In this document: positions 20,034 through 21,249 of the stretch, piece by piece | Numbering within the stretch: the first letter of the stretch is position 1 | How the letters are laid out: each line of letters begins with the position of its first letter | Assembly: GCA_037380845.1 (NCBI GenBank) | Contig: JARRRI010000019.1 | Span: forward strand, 1-21,249 | Source of the DNA: Candidatus Sulfobium sp. | GTDB lineage: Bacteria > Nitrospirota > Thermodesulfovibrionia > Thermodesulfovibrionales > UBA6898 | Reading direction: 5' to 3' | DNA length: 21,249 nucleotides | Notes under the pieces: generated by a model | Told to the model about the DNA's origin: nothing | Databases searched by the model: none | The model's input: the letters and a program-made list of their open reading frames with translations, nothing else | Position numbers and translations under genes: made by a program

Positions 20034-20906
20034 ATGTCAGTTGCCCGCATATTTTTTCTGACATCGCTGACCATGATTGCATTTGCCAGTAATTCACTGC
20101 TCTGCCGGGCAGCTCTCAAACATACCGGCATTGACGCAATCAGTTTTACCACCATTCGATTGGTCTCCGGAGCAGTGACTCTGTGGGTGGTTGTACGTAT
20201 TCGCCATGGCGCACGTGCCGGAGGTGGTAATTGGCTGTCGGCATTTGCATTGTTTGTTTATGCAGCCGGTTTTTCTTTTGCCTATGTGAGGTTGCCTGCG
20301 GCGACCGGCGCGCTGCTGCTCTTCGGTGCCGTGCAGGCAACGATGATCGGTTACGGCGTCTGGACGGGAGAACGTCTTGTCAGACTGCAACTCGTCGGCC
20401 TTATACTCGCCTTCGGAGGACTTGTCGGTCTGCTGCTGCCGGGTCTGTCAGCACCCCCTCTATATAACGCCATATTGATGTTGGCCGCGGGAGTCGCATG
20501 GGGTGTCTATTCTTTACGCGGGAAAGGGGCGGGAGATTCCACCGGGGTAACGGCCGGGAATTTTCTGCGGGCCGTTCCCGTCGCGGCAACCTTGAGTATA
20601 TTTACGTTCAGAGGCGCCTCTCTGGATTTTTCCGGATTCTGGTATGCGGTTTCGTCCGGTGCAGTGGCTTCAGGAATAGGGTATGCCATCTGGTACACGG
20701 CACTACCTGCCTTAAAGGCTACTCATGCCGCCATTGTTCAACTCAGTGTTCCGGTCATGGCAGCCCTGGGTGGCGTCGTTTTCCTCGGTGAGTCCATAAC
20801 CCTGCGCCTGGTATTGGCCTCTGCGGCAATCCTCGGCGGAATAACGCTGGTAATTCTGGAGAAACGAGATGCAGCCGGCGCCCTATTGACCGATAAGCAG
20901 GGGTAA
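20034..20906 (+). CDS. DMT/EamA-family inner-membrane transporter
   Basis: 290 aa with about 10 hydrophobic helices in two repeats. AFASNSLLCRAAL, FTTIRLVSGA, FSFAY, AWGVYSLRG, GYAIWY, QLSVPV...GGVVFLGE. Confidence 0.92.
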   Translation: MSVARIFFLTSLTMIAFASNSLLCRAALKHTGIDAISFTTIRLVSGAVTLWVVVRIRHGARAGGGNWLSAFALFVYAAGFSFAYVRLPAATGALLLFGAVQATMIGYGVWTGERLVRLQLVGLILAFGGLVGLLLPGLSAPPLYNAILMLAAGVAWGVYSLRGKGAGDSTGVTAGNFLRAVPVAATLSIFTFRGASLDFSGFWYAVSSGAVASGIGYAIWYTALPALKATHAAIVQLSVPVMAALGGVVFLGESITLRLVLASAAILGGITLVILEKRDAAGALLTDKQG

Positions 20907-21070
20907 CCAAACAGGTAGCAGAGAGTAATTTTTCGACAACATGAGATCAGCGACGTCTTTTAGATATTTTCTCACAGTACCCCTCGTAGCAGAGCACGCT
21001 GTGAAATCACCGGAGTACCGGTGGGAATCGATACGTTCCGATCGTAAAGCCAATAGTCAAGTCTGACCCC
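20877..21070 (+). pseudogene. Possible heavily decayed REP-associated tyrosine transposase (RAYT/Y1) remnant
   Basis: Colinear fragments in shifting frames: GAL (20877-85), ISRGNQ (20893-910), RVIF (20922-33), DQRRLLDIF (20945-71), VKSPEYRW (21001-24), ending at GTCAAGTCTGACCCC (21056-70). Resemblance judged by eye only. Confidence 0.25.
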
Positions 21071-21249
21071 ACGCATTCGGCAGATGCCAACCTAAAGGAC
21101 ATTCCGGACACTACGTCCCCAACATCCTGAAGGAGGCACTCAAAAATCAAGCGGGCAGTCATTCTGAAGTTCTCGGCAGTGAACAGCATTATTTGCCACA
21201 TGAAAAGCAATAGCTCTCATTGCGGCCTTGCCGATCAAGCGATATACTG

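Noticed and set aside
21007..21035. Minus-strand TCGATTCCCACCGG resembling a tRNA/tmRNA 3' end (att remnant), and the 67-aa minus ORF at 21007-21210
   Set aside because: The T-stem and CCA end are absent and no integrase is nearby. The ORF has no SD or recognisable motif.

Overview
Bacterial chromosomal window with all supported genes on the + strand. Protein style suggests a Nitrospirota (Thermodesulfovibrionia-like) or deltaproteobacterial organism; this is an inference. Bases 1-12015 hold the conserved cluster tuf (3' end)-rpmG-tRNA-Trp-secE-nusG-rplK-rplA-[L10 leader]-rplJ (probable CTG start)-rplL-rpoB-rpoC and its terminator. Bases 12016-21249 are accessory. First comes a structured leader or sRNA candidate. 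Next is an overlapping three-gene unit: a Mut7-C PIN RNase, a dCache/PAS/PAS histidine kinase with a periplasmic CxxCH heme-c motif, and an NtrC-type sigma54 activator. Then a near-consensus sigma70 promoter precedes a GEMM-I cyclic-dinucleotide riboswitch (ON-type terminator platform, atypical P2 loop) upstream of a divergent lipoprotein of the SBP56/methanethiol-oxidase family. A covalent-FAD BBE-type oxidase, an EamA/DMT transporter and a possible decayed REP-associated tyrosine transposase remnant end the window. The strongest leads are the riboswitch-controlled exported SBP56 lipoprotein and the heme-c Cache sensor kinase coupled to an RNase.
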